Source: Lytechinus pictus (taxonomy: Eukaryota). Taken from it: a DNA stretch of 64,000 nt. The stretch is taken from NCBI RefSeq assembly GCF_037042905.1, contig NC_087250.1, positions 19,222,001 through 19,286,000 on the forward strand. The letters run 5' to 3'. Positions 51,901 to 64,000 of this stretch are shown here, piece after piece (the stretch's first letter is position 1; each line of letters opens with the position of its first letter). Below the pieces are notes generated by a model, which did no database searches, had not been told where the DNA came from, and saw nothing but the letters and a program-made list of their open reading frames with translations. The position numbers and the translations under genes were made by a program.

Positions 51901-54422
51901 AAGGGAAATAGTAGAATAATTCGTACATAAAAATGAATTATAAGAAGACATTGAGACACTTTTTCCGAAATTATTAAATCTTTGAACAAAAACGAGAAAT
52001 CGGGGGGGGGGGGGGGGGGACTTGGATGTATGATTTAGTAAATAAATGAATACCATATAGGCGAAGAAAAATGCAATATGTGGATGGTGAATTAATGAAG
52101 TGACGAACAATAAATATTTTTTGATGAAATTTTCGGCAGTGAATTCTACTCTATTTATTAAGCTATAAATACTTTCAACCCGGACCATCCCTTTAGGTTT
52201 TAAAATAAATGCAGGAAGAGAAAATAGGTTAGCTGACGAAATGCTGGCATATCAATGAACGGTATAGCTTTAAAAAAAAAAAAAAGATTATTAAGGTAAA
52301 AAAAAAGTACTTTGGAAGTAGCTAGGCCTACTTTTATACGCAAAATAAATAATATACATAATTATGGGCCTATCCCCAATTGCCGGGGGGATAAGTCTCA
52401 GTAAAATATAGATTAATATAATTAAGTGTAGATATCCCTCAAGCAATAATGAAATTGACCAACAGAAAATTAATAAATCTTCCCCGAATGAATATACATA
52501 TTCGTTTTCTTTTTCGAACTTAAATGGATGAAAAGTGGGGAGGCGGGGGGGGGGGGGGGAGGAGGCATTTATGAAAGGAAAGAAAAAACCCAAATATACA
52601 CATGAAGCCAGATGAGTGATTCAATATTGAATAAGAGAAGAAAGCTGATTTAAAAAAAATATTGACTACTTACATCCAGGTGATTATAAATAGATATATG
52701 ATACATGAATGAATAAATGGATTCAATCGCAGCATTACGTCAAGTGAAATATTGGGGAAAAATCATATACAAGAACTATGTAATTTGATTATTGATGACA
52801 CCTACCCATAGGCGGTGGAAGCGGGGGGGGGGGGGCTGGGGACCGGCCCCCTAAATTTGCGGTGGGGGGACGCCCCCCTAAAATTGAGGTTGATAACCTT
52901 CTTTTTTTTTCTTTTTTTTTGCTTGTCAAATTATTTTTTACCTGTGTGTCCATCACAAAATTTCAGGTTGACCCCCCTAAATTGTTTGGCTTCCGCCGCC
53001 AATGCACCTCCCTCCCCGCAAAAATATAATTAAAAAGAAATGCTGGGGCTCCAATTTATTTACCCCAAAACAAGGGGAATAATAATTAACTTCCACACAT
53101 AAAAAGAACTAAAAACGAATGATAACTCGATCTGACTCTCTATATCACAAAAGAAAAAACGGAAAACAAATAATTCAAATGATTAATGAATAAATATAAA
53201 TACATTTATTTATCAATATAAATACATATTAATCAATTGAAATAATAGATTGATGAATAAATAAACGAAATTTCACACATGAAAATAATTAAAAACGAAT
53301 GATACTCTGACTCTCTACATCACAAAAGAAAAAAAACTGAAAACAAATAAATTAAATGATTAATGAATAACTATAAATACATTTATTAATCAATATAAAT
53401 ACATTAATGAATCTATTAAAATAGATTGAAATGAATGAACTTCCGCACATAAAAAATGATTAAAAACAAATGATACCTCTGACTCTCTATATCACATAAG
53501 AAAACACCCTGAAAACAATAAATGATTAATGAATACATTAATTAATCAATACATATAGATTGATAAATAAATCAATAAGGTAATAACTGTAATAATACAT
53601 AAATAAATCGACAAATAAATTTCTGAAGAGGTAAATTATTATTCTCTCTCCCTGTTTATTTGGAAAATGAATTGGAGCCCCCCCCCCCGCCCCTTACAGC
53701 GCCGCCCATGATATTCTTTCCTTGTTTATTTGGAAAATAAATTGGAGCCCCCCGCCCCTTACAGCGCCGCCCATGATATTCTTTCCTTGTTTATTTGGAA
53801 AATAAATTGGAGCCCCCCCGCCCCTTACAGCGCCGCCCATGATATTCTTTCCTTGTTTATTTGGAAAATAAATTGGAGCCCCCCCCCCGCCCCTTCCCGC
53901 GCCGCCCATGATATTCTTTCCTTGTTTATTGGGAAATAAATTGGAGCCCCCCTCCTCCGGCCCCCTACAGCACCGCCCATGATAATTCTCACCGGCCGGG
54001 GAAACAAGCCCCACGACCACGTTATTTTCCATTATATAACAGTGTAAGGGGCCTCGATAACGAGTATACTACTATAGTCGTCATCCGAGCCCCACACACG
54101 TGCGAATGCTGGGAAAAGCGCATTGGACGGGGCCAGTTTCGCGACTATCTTAAGATGCAAGCTTATATATATACTCGTGATATAGGCCCCGCTACTGTGT
54201 TGGAGTGTCTGAAGTGCCGTAGTGCGGGGCCTATATAACGGTTATAGTACTATACTCGTGAAACAGGCCCCGCAAACGGACATTCTAAGCCATTCAACAC
54301 AGCAGCGGGGCCTATATCACGAGTATATATATAGTGAGCTGAAGTTAGCTTAGCAACCTAGATATTGAGGTATGATCGATTACAATTTTTTTCTCGAGCG
54401 GGGCCTATATCACGAGTATGCC
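48916..54422. mobile_element. Foldback/MULE-like element (5.5 kb) with long modular TIRs and 8-bp TSD
   Basis: TSD gaaatatc (48908-15, 54423-30); 48916-49430 mirrors 53900-54422 closely, AT-rich modules extend the symmetry to ~1 kb. Confidence 0.82.
49989..50552. mobile_element. Degenerate Kolobok-like MITE
   Basis: ttaa|aggtcaagttcacccc ... ggcggacttgtcct|ttga. Confidence 0.6.
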
Positions 54423-55632
54423 GAAATATCTAAAAAAAAAAATTTCACCTCAATGCTAACCCTTAACCGATCATGCTCTCCTATACGTATCGCTCATCTC
54501 GCCGTGCATCAGGCCCCGGCCATAGTCCTACCCGTAGATTCCCCACACTCACAGGCAGGATGGTTGGGGGTGCAGTGGGCCAGTGTAGCGGTAGTGAAGT
54601 GCAGTGGAGCCTGCACGAACTTCGCTCGATCTCGAGCCTCGCCTCGAGGTAGGTACACAGATTCACGTCTTACTCTTATTTACTAGATCTATATACTGCA
54701 GATCTGTAACTAAATCATAGTGAAAAAACTCACCAGACTCTGTCTCAAAAAGATTCAAGTCAGCTGTGCCTATGCCTTTTGGCTGCGAAATTTATAAGGT
54801 CTCCATTTCTGTTGACTAAATAAGCGCGGCTCGTGTCGTCGATGTCCGGGCTTTTTTCTTTTCATGATTTGTATTATTGAGCATACGGTAACATGAAATG
54901 TACGGAAAGCAATTTGTCCAAGAAAAAATTTATCATATAAGGTGTCACGCGCGTAAAACATTCCCCATAGACTTGTGTGTTAAAATGGCACTTCTGAAAA
55001 ATTCATTAAAAAATAAACGTGAAATTAGAGGGTCGAATGCCTACTACTGTTGGATAGGATATATATCTGACTTTCCATATCTGACCAGAGAAGAGTATCG
55101 TAGCCAGCTCATTTTACTAATAAATAGCCATTTATGAAGATAACTATGATAGAATAAAATTTATGAGCTATTCGAAACAGTAAAATTGCCCCAATTCTTC
55201 CGCCAGTCAAAAAATAGTTCCAAATTCATTGATATATCTTCCCAATTTGGGGAAATGAAGTTCAGTAGTTACCATTTCTAGAATCAGTGTTAGATTTTCG
55301 ATTATATTCATATATACTTTTGTCAATCAACAATATAAAATGTGAATGGGTTAATTGGGTCGAACAAATATCTTTAGCCTAATTAGGAGACTGAATGGGG
55401 TGGGGGGGGGGGGGGGGGGCTGAGTATGATCTCGGCTATCGATCATGCAAACGCGACAAAAATTGGCACGTACGTTACCCATGCCATGGCATAATCTACA
55501 AAACTAGTAGTCCCTAGCCTAATATTATAGAATAAGATCAAACTCTTCAAAAATCCAATTAATCAAAACTGCTTATTTATTTATGCGTAAAATCATAAGT
55601 ATGCTCTATCTAACTAAATAATGCCCCTAAAT

Positions 55633-57945
55633 GCTAATTTTTGGTTCAGAGACTCTTTATAGGAACCTGATGAAAACTTGTGTATTCTTATATTGTTTTT
55701 TTTGTTTTTTTTCTTGTGTATTTCTGTTTTTAATTCTTGTTTTTTCAATGGAAATTGTCGGGGACTTCATTTTGACTACACACAAGATTAAATTAATTGA
55801 TTTTAATGAGTGAAACAAAAAATAATGATATATATTTATACATTTTTGCTAATTTGTATCGGATGTGTACACAAATTCATGTTTTTGAGCAATTTTGGGT
55901 CTGCGTTCACTTACAAAATGTACCTTGCTTAATTTCAGAACTGCTAGGGCTAGCGATTTTGATCTCAAACGTTGCATGAGACTTGAAAGTAAAGTCATTG
56001 ACTGATGTGTTAAAAAATGTGATTTATCGCAAAAAAATGTTTTATAAGGATTATAAGGATTAAATTTCAAGTAGTGTAGTGTAGTGTCGACAATTTTTTG
56101 GAATGGGAGAGGTAAAAACGCAAACATAGAATTAGAAATCATACAGAAAAATTAATAAAAAGTTGAATTGATGCTGCTGGATCGATTGCACTTTAACTTT
56201 CAACCAACTTCAATAAATACAAAGCAACACATGTCAAGTTCATATTATATATATTTATTGAAGATGATGATAACTTGATGACAGATAACAAAAGCGCAGG
56301 AGTAACTATATTGATGACTTAACTCTCAAGATTAAGGTAGGATAAACTCTGCAAACTGACATCAATTACGTATTGATATATTATTGAATGTGAGATATGT
56401 CTTATCACAAAATTAAAGTTCAGTTTATTTTTCACATTCCTATAAAAATGTTTGGAAAAAAAATTTTACACTATAAGCACATCAAATCATAGCAAATATA
56501 ACGTATACACAGAGCATAAACAAAGATAATACAAAATACATTTGTGGAGGGTCAAAAGAAGTAAATTAGAAACTTAAAAGATTGACCCTAATGTTAGCAA
56601 ATTAAAGTGGGAGAAAATACAGTGACATAAAAGATATGTACAAATAAAATAGAAAAAAAATAGAAAAAGCAAATGTGTGATTAAATTGAATTTAGATAAT
56701 TTCTTAAGAGATATAGGATATCATCCAAGATTTAAAAATACTAAGTAATTTGCACTATTAAAGTTCATGAGGCATCTAAAAACAAAAATTATATGTATTG
56801 CATGAAGGTTTACATAATACATTAATCACTGTTTTAATATAGGCCTACTATTATCAATACAGTCATATCATGGGGATTTTCCATTTTTAGATGACAAAAC
56901 AGTATTTTGGCAGTAATGAGGGGAAAGAAACAGATCCTGTATTTGGTTTCCCTAAATGACGTAAATAAGAATCACTTTCTTGACCTGGTGTTAAGATTCT
57001 TTCCAATGGTGATAAAAAAAATAATAATGTTGTCTTTTATAGATTTTCCATCCGATAACCAAAAATCATATTTAATTATTTTAATCATTTTTCATACTAA
57101 GAATGTTGTTTATGATTTTCGTGTTGCCACTGACATATTTTCTTTCACTGCATTTTATTTTTTAGTTATGTTAACAGCATTTGTATAATTGTTTTTCTAT
57201 TTTTTTTTATTTTTACATGATTTTTTTACAAACTTTTTTTTAAATATGAATTTAAAACAAACAATTATTCTAACATCTGAAAAATGATGAAAATGAGAAA
57301 TCCATAATTTATTATTCGAGATTGACATGAAATTAAATACTCTGAAAATTGGCTCTTCCCAATTGATCGTGGGCCCGGCAGCCCCTGTGCAGCGCCAGAT
57401 CGACGAGGCTCTATCCCTTTAATTGTTGAACGCAAACAGGGTAGCAGCAACTCCCATGTTTTAACGTCTTTTGGTCTGACGCGGCTGGGGTTTGAACTCC
57501 CAACCTCCCGGTTTTGAAACGGACGCTCTACCAACTGAGCCAACACACCAGTATACAAATTGGTCTGTCTCCCAATGCTGATCACATGCATATTGCTTCT
57601 CAACCACAAAGCATACAAGAGCTTTTTTCTTTTTTCTGATTCACAAAAAACTATTCCACTGGATGCACTTCTATATGATGTTGTGTAAATTAAAAAATGT
57701 TCAAACTGTATTCATCAGAAACGTCTGTGAATTTGTTTTGTGAGGATAGATCCGCATCTAATTTCTGTCGCACATTGATGACATACATATGCTACTTTAT
57801 TCAGGAGTCAACTGTCTGTTGTTAAAACAGTGGACTCAAGCATACTTAACCATGGCAACAAGCGTAAATTTGGCGACCTGAAAAGCACACATCAACATTG
57901 GAAATTGTTCTCTTGCAAGGAAAATTTATACAGGAAATCTGCATA
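55633..57945. repeat. Segmental duplication copy B (3' flank/UTR of a predicted ZNF paralog)
   Basis: Matches copy A without its insertions; ends at gaaatctgcata. Confidence 0.88.
57290..57552 (-). mobile_element. tRNA-derived SINE
   Basis: A box TGGCTCAGTTGG, B box GTTCAAACC, non-tRNA body. Confidence 0.72.
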
Positions 57946-60900
57946 TAGTAGAGCGGATTAGCTCCAAAAATCACAACAATTGTGCAAATTTTGACTAAAG
58001 CATGAAACTTTCACAAGTATTAGTATATGCCATAAGATTTATTTTAAAGATGGGAGGTAAATTTATAAATGCCATTTTCGGCCGTTGCCATGGCAACGGA
58101 TTAATTTCTCCAAAACAACATACATTCCCATATAAATGGTAAATAAACATGATATAGATGACCAAAATGATAATTTTCAGGCTCCCAATTGAATACATAT
58201 GAAATTTAGAAATATTCAAGATCATCAAGATAGTTCCAATTGGTCCGTTGCCATGGCAACGGCTTGTTTTTCCCCAGAAAAATAAACATTTTGATTAAAA
58301 AAAGTTGTAGAATATGATATATCTTTAATTTCCCCTAATTTTACAGTGCTTAACAAAGATATTTTGGTTGCTAAATGTGTAAATTACATCTCAAGCCATT
58401 GCCATGGCAACCAAATAACATCTAATTTACAAAAATAACATGGTTGTCAAGACAATGGATAGGTGGAAAATACAATTGGAATTGACTTAATCTGTATGCT
58501 TAAGTTTTGACCCCCTCATTTGAACAAAAAATACAAAATTGTTCTGCAGGAGTTCTTTATAAAGATAAAATATTATGTTGCTTTGGAAATGCTTGAATTG
58601 AATTTAAAAAGGAACAATTTTACAAAGGGCCCGTTGCCATGGCAACAGCTTATTTTCCTCTAGAAAGGTAAAAATATTGATAAAAATGTAGAATACATGT
58701 ACGGTATGATCATCATTCCATTTTCCCCAATTTCAAGGTACTAATCGAGATATGTTTGTGACTAAATTTATAAATATAACATCTTAAGCCATTGCCATGG
58801 CAACCAAATAACATCTAATTTTTTTTTAAAGTGGATGATAAGGTTAAAAACAGGTGAAAGATACAATGAATATTAACTTAATGTGCATTCGTAAGGTCTG
58901 ACCTACTCAACTAATTTAGGGGAAAATAATACAGTCAGTGTTCTGCATGAACTAATTAAGATAATAAACATTGATGTTGCCTTGGTAATACTTGAATTCA
59001 ACGATAAATATCAATGTTCCAAATGGCCTGTTGTCATAGCAACGGATCATTTACCCAAGAACAGTAGCAGTTTTGATTTTTAAAAAGGACTGTATAATCT
59101 GATTTTTCTTTCATTTCCCTTAACTTTAGGGTAAGAATAGATATGTTTGCTGTTAACATGCAAATAACATATAAATCCATTGTCATGGCAACCAAGTAAC
59201 ATCTAATTTGAAAAAAAATTTAACATGGTTGACATGATAATGGACAGGTGGAAACTGCAATTTATAACAATTAACTCAAGGTTTGACCCAGTCATTTAAT
59301 TTTGAACAAAGATTACAATGTTTCGCATTAGTTCATTAGAATGATGAAATTTGAGGTTGCCTTGGTAATGCTTGAAGTTAATGATAAATATCAATGTGGC
59401 AAATGGGCCGTTGCCATGGCAACAACTCTTTTTTTCCAAGAAAAGCACCAAATTTGATCGAAAAACAGTTTAAAATCTGCATTTTGTCATAAATTTCCCC
59501 TAATTTTAGGATGCAAAGCATAGATATGTTTGCTGTTGATGTACAAATAACTTCAGCCATTGCCATGACAACCAAATAACATCTAATTTCAGTGGCTTAA
59601 TTTGGTTTCTATGTTTTAAGGGTGAAGTAGTACATTGGGACTAGTTACAAGGACAGCCAGTGGTCTGACGTGTCCAAAACCCTAAGACGGCTTCCAAAAA
59701 TGGAGTTTGAAATGGCTGTTGATATATAAATGGACATATAGGTCATTTCCTATCAATCTGAGATATATGATTTTGGTGTCTAGACCATGGTTTCAATGGT
59801 CAAATAATACACTATCACAAGTTGAATGGACAGTCAGTTGTCCATTATATAAAAAAATCCAAGATGGCTTCCAAAAATGGAGTCTAAAATTGCTGTTGCT
59901 GCATTAAAAAAGTAGTTTGTTTGATATCCTGGAATATGTTTATGTCATGGTTAAATGGGTCAAATAATACATTAGGACAAGTAACAAGGACAGTCAGTGG
60001 TCAAGTTTGTCCAAAAATCCAAGGTGGCTTCCAAAAATGGAATAGCTCCTGTTACTAACAAATTGACATATTTCGTGTAATATATGTCAGTAAATACATC
60101 ATGTACATTTGAACAAGTTACAAGGACAGTCCGTAATCTAGTGTGTCTAAACATCCAAGATGGCTTCCGACGATTGGAGTCTAATCGGAGTCTGTTACTT
60201 AAAATTTGACATAGTTCATTTAAAATCCACCAAGAAATTTTTTTTTTGGTGTTCACACTTTGGTTTCAAGGTTTAAAAAATATGTTTAGACTGGTTACAA
60301 TGATATCCAGTTGTCCATTTTTTCCTAAAAATCCAAGAGGATTTTCAAAATGGCATCTAAAATGACTTATATCACTCAGAAATTATCTGAGTTCATACAA
60401 CATCAACATGTGAGAAACATTTTTGGTGTCTACACTGTGGTATGAAGGGTCCACTATTACATTAGGACAAGTAACAAGGATGGTTAGTTATCAATTTTGT
60501 CCAAAATCCAAGGTAGATTCTAAAATTACATCAATGGGTGCTGTTGCCAACTCTTACCTGCTTGCATTTTGAATGTAGGCACCAAAATTATTTCTCACAA
60601 GTGGATATTACATCCACTTCAAAGTAACAGTTGTCATTTTAGAACCCATTTATGGAAGCCATCTTGGATTTTCAGGCAAAATGGACAATTGTAACCAGTC
60701 CCAAAGTATAATTTGATCCTTGAAACCCTAGTGTAGACACCAAAATAATATCACCAGGTGTATTTTTGATGTACTATGTCCATTTTTTAGTAACATTATA
60801 ACCCCCATTTTTCAAGCCATCTTTGAATTTTTTGACACAATAATGACACCCGACTGTCCTTTCACCTTGACCAAATGTACAGTATTACTTGACCCTTTAA

Positions 60901-63900
60901 ATACTAGTGTAGACATCAAAATCATATCCCCATATTATATTATTAATGAACTATATTATGTCCATATTGAAGTACCAACAGTCAATTTAGACCCCATTTT
61001 GGAGGCCATCTTGGATTTGTTAACATACCAGTCCACTGACTGTCCTCGTAACTTGTTCTAATGCATTAAACCGTGGTTTTATGATTATGGTTTAGACATC
61101 AAAATCATATTCCCCAGACAGATATTGAACAAACTATGTCCTAATTTATTATTTGACTCTTGAAAATATGGTTTAGACACCAGAATCACATCTCACAGGC
61201 GGATATAGAATGAGCTCTGCCAATTTTTAAGTAACAACAGTCAATTTTAGACCCCATTTTGTAAGCCATCTTGCGTTTTTTAACATACCAAACCACCGAC
61301 TGTCCTTGTAACTTGTCCTAATGCATTACTTGACCCTTTAAAATATGGTTTAGACACCAAAATCATATTCCCCAGACAGATATTGAACAAACTATGTTTA
61401 TTTGTAAGCAACATTAGACATTGTTTTATATCTTTTTTGGAAGCCATCTTGGAATTTTGGACATACAAGACCACCGACTGTCCGTGTAGCTTGTCCTTAT
61501 GTATTATTCGCCTTTGAAATCATAGTTTAGACACCAAAATCATATCTCACATGTGAATATAAAATGAGCTATTCCACTTTTAAGTATCAGCAGCCATTTT
61601 ATAATTATTTTCGGAAGCCATATTGGATTTTCGGACATACTTGACTGTCGTTGTAACTTGTCCTAATATTATTAGACTCTTGAAACCAATGATTTAAAGT
61701 CAAAATCACTTCCCCTAGGCCAATATGAAATGAGCTACGTCCGCTTTAGGTATCAGCAACCATTTTAGATTCAATTTTTTGAAGCCAACTTATGTTTTTG
61801 GACATTCCAGACCACTGGCTGTCCCTGTAACTTGGCCCTATGTACTATTGATCCTTAATAACCAATGAATAAAAAACAAATTAAAGCCATTTTATCAAGT
61901 AATGGATGAGTTGTGGATTTTTAGCCTACGGCAGCCAGTGAGGGCACCATCTTGGATTTTCCTGTTACCCTGGAGTACTTAATTTTTCTTTTCAACCTTT
62001 CAACCAGTAAGGGTATTTTTAAAAATTTAAATATTTTAATAAGTCTACTTATCATGTAAAATTAGCAGTGAATAGATTATACTTCATGTTGATTAGATTC
62101 ATAATTATGTTAATTTAAAAATTATCACAGTATTTCAAAATCTTCTTCGTCAAAATCTGTGATGTAATTTTGAGGGGTCCAGATATGATGTATTGAGTAA
62201 AATTAATTTTTAAAAGTTGTCAGCTAGCCCAGCGAAAGAGTAAAACTTTCGAAATTTTTCATTTTTTTTACAAAAATAAAATTTTGTAAAAGATTTTGGG
62301 TATAGTATTCGTAAAATAATCATATTTTATCCATCTCTCTTTCAGGTTCTCTTTATTTTTTTCTTGGTAATGATTTTTTTTGGGGGGAGTAGGGTTGCAG
62401 AATTTCCGGGAATTTTCTTGATGGAATCTTTTCATGGGAATAAACGGGAATTTGGTGGGAATTTTTGGAATTTTCGGCAATTTTCAAGAAATGATGGGAA
62501 TTTTCAAAAAGTAACAATTTTCTGATATATGCAGAAATTAAAATGCGTACTAGCAGATGATACTTGATAATTCTTTGTCATCAAATTTCGAGCCAAGTAT
62601 TATGCTAAAACAGTCAGACAAAGCAAAATTTTAATGATTTCCATGTAAAAGTTGATTTACTGTATTTACATTGATTAGGAGCTCAAGACCATGTCAACTC
62701 CTCAGATAGACTTTTGATTTTGATTTATCAACGCCTATTATCCCCTTATATATTGATATGATGAACGGCCTTAAAGCACAAATCACACCAAGACGCTTTC
62801 TTCAAAGTGGCAGCCTGCGAATACTTTGAACGAAATTGACCAGCCTCGAAATTAGAGTTTCGGGAATTTATTTGAGCCCAAAAAAGTCTGATAAGATTTT
62901 TGTAGGTCTTATTTCGATGCCATGTATAACGTAATAAGATGGTGCTTATCATTTAGCATATTTATGTTCAGCATCCTCAAATAAGGGACAAGGAAATAAA
63001 ATAAACATATTATTTTATCAAAATTTTTACTTTTAAGGGACCATTGGCAACATTGATATTTATCATTATGTTCAAGCATTACCAAATCAACATATCGTAA
63101 GAAATCATGCATAACACTTAATGTGATTTTAAAATTAAAAGAGTAGGTCAAACCTTACGCATATTAAGTTAATTTTATTGTATTTTCCACCTGTCCATTA
63201 TCTTGTCAGCCATGTTATTTTTTGGTTAATTAAATGTTATTTTATTGCCATGGTAATGCCTTAAGATGTTATTTATACATTAAACAACAGAGACGTACGT
63301 GTATGTTTGGCACCCTAAATTTAGTAGAATTGAATGAAAAATAAGATTCTACAAGGTATTTTTTATCAAAGATGGTATTTTAGGGGGAATAAAATGACCC
63401 GTTGCCATGGGAACAGAACACACATTTGTAAACATTGATATCAATAAATTCAAGCATATTAAGTTAATTTTATTGTATTTTCCACCTGTCCATTATCTTG
63501 TCAGCCATGTTATTTTTTGGGTAAATTATATGTTATTTTATTGCCATGGTAATGCCTTAAGATGTTATTTATACATTAACCAACAGAGATGTACGTGTAT
63601 GTTTGGCACCCTAAACTTAGTAGAATTGAATGAAAAACAAGATTCTACAAGGTATCTTTTATCAAAGATGGTATTTTAGGGGGAATAAAATGACCCGTTG
63701 CCATGGGAACAGAACACACATTTGTAAACATTGATATCAATAAATTCAAGCATTACCAAGGCAACATCAGTTTTTATCATGCTAATGAACTCATGCGGAA
63801 CACTTACTGTATTTTTTGTTCAAAACTTAATGACTGGTCAAAGTCAAACCTTATGTAGATTAAGTAAATCTTTACTTTACATTCCACCTGTCCATTATCA

Positions 63901-64000
63901 TTACAACTGTTTCGTTGAACAAGTATTTTTTCATATGTATTTATTTTGGTTTAGTTCAGAAGGCATAATTTGAAGACACCTTAGAAATTTATGTTGACTG
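57946..64000. mobile_element. Large non-coding foldback-type DNA element (TAG start, Academ-like), running off the window
   Basis: Interrupts duplication copy B at gcata|tagtagagcgg; ~385-bp units with GTTGCCATGGCAAC at 58070-59580, inverted at 63000-64000. Confidence 0.65.

Noticed and set aside
54725..54860. 5' UTR exon of the ZNF gene (minus-strand GTGAGT donor, CpG-rich)
   Set aside because: It lies 23 kb from the coding exon and cannot be supported without transcript data
57946..58000. Polinton/Maverick terminus (AGTAG)
   Set aside because: No coding capacity follows in 6 kb and the structure is a repeat-built foldback

Overview
Eukaryotic, AT-rich, transposon-saturated DNA. An invertebrate deuterostome such as a sea urchin is inferred from the repeat families and the ancestral-type KRAB domain; this is not proven. 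The one host gene is a minus-strand, intron-containing C2H2 zinc-finger gene (coding span 31840..22915). It has a PRDM9/SSX-type ancestral KRAB domain, four tandem intact copies of the second KRAB exon, a linker exon, one isolated finger and a 10-finger array, but no recognisable PR/SET or SSXRD exon. Its 3' flank (11664-22696) is duplicated at about 55633-57945, which suggests a paralog just beyond the window and gives empty sites that delimit many insertions. The left end holds a Ty3/Gypsy LTR retrotransposon whose gag-pol is cut by three CCC...GGG, AACTGG-repeat (CACTA/EnSpm-like) elements; 2-bp TSDs are visible for the two complete ones. Next is an apparently full-length L2-type LINE with a 2A-like motif, nested in a Helentron-type (HINE) tandem-repeat element. 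The rest is nested non-autonomous DNA transposons, foldback elements, tRNA-derived SINEs and minisatellites. All coordinates were read by eye, and superfamily names rest on termini and TSD rules only.
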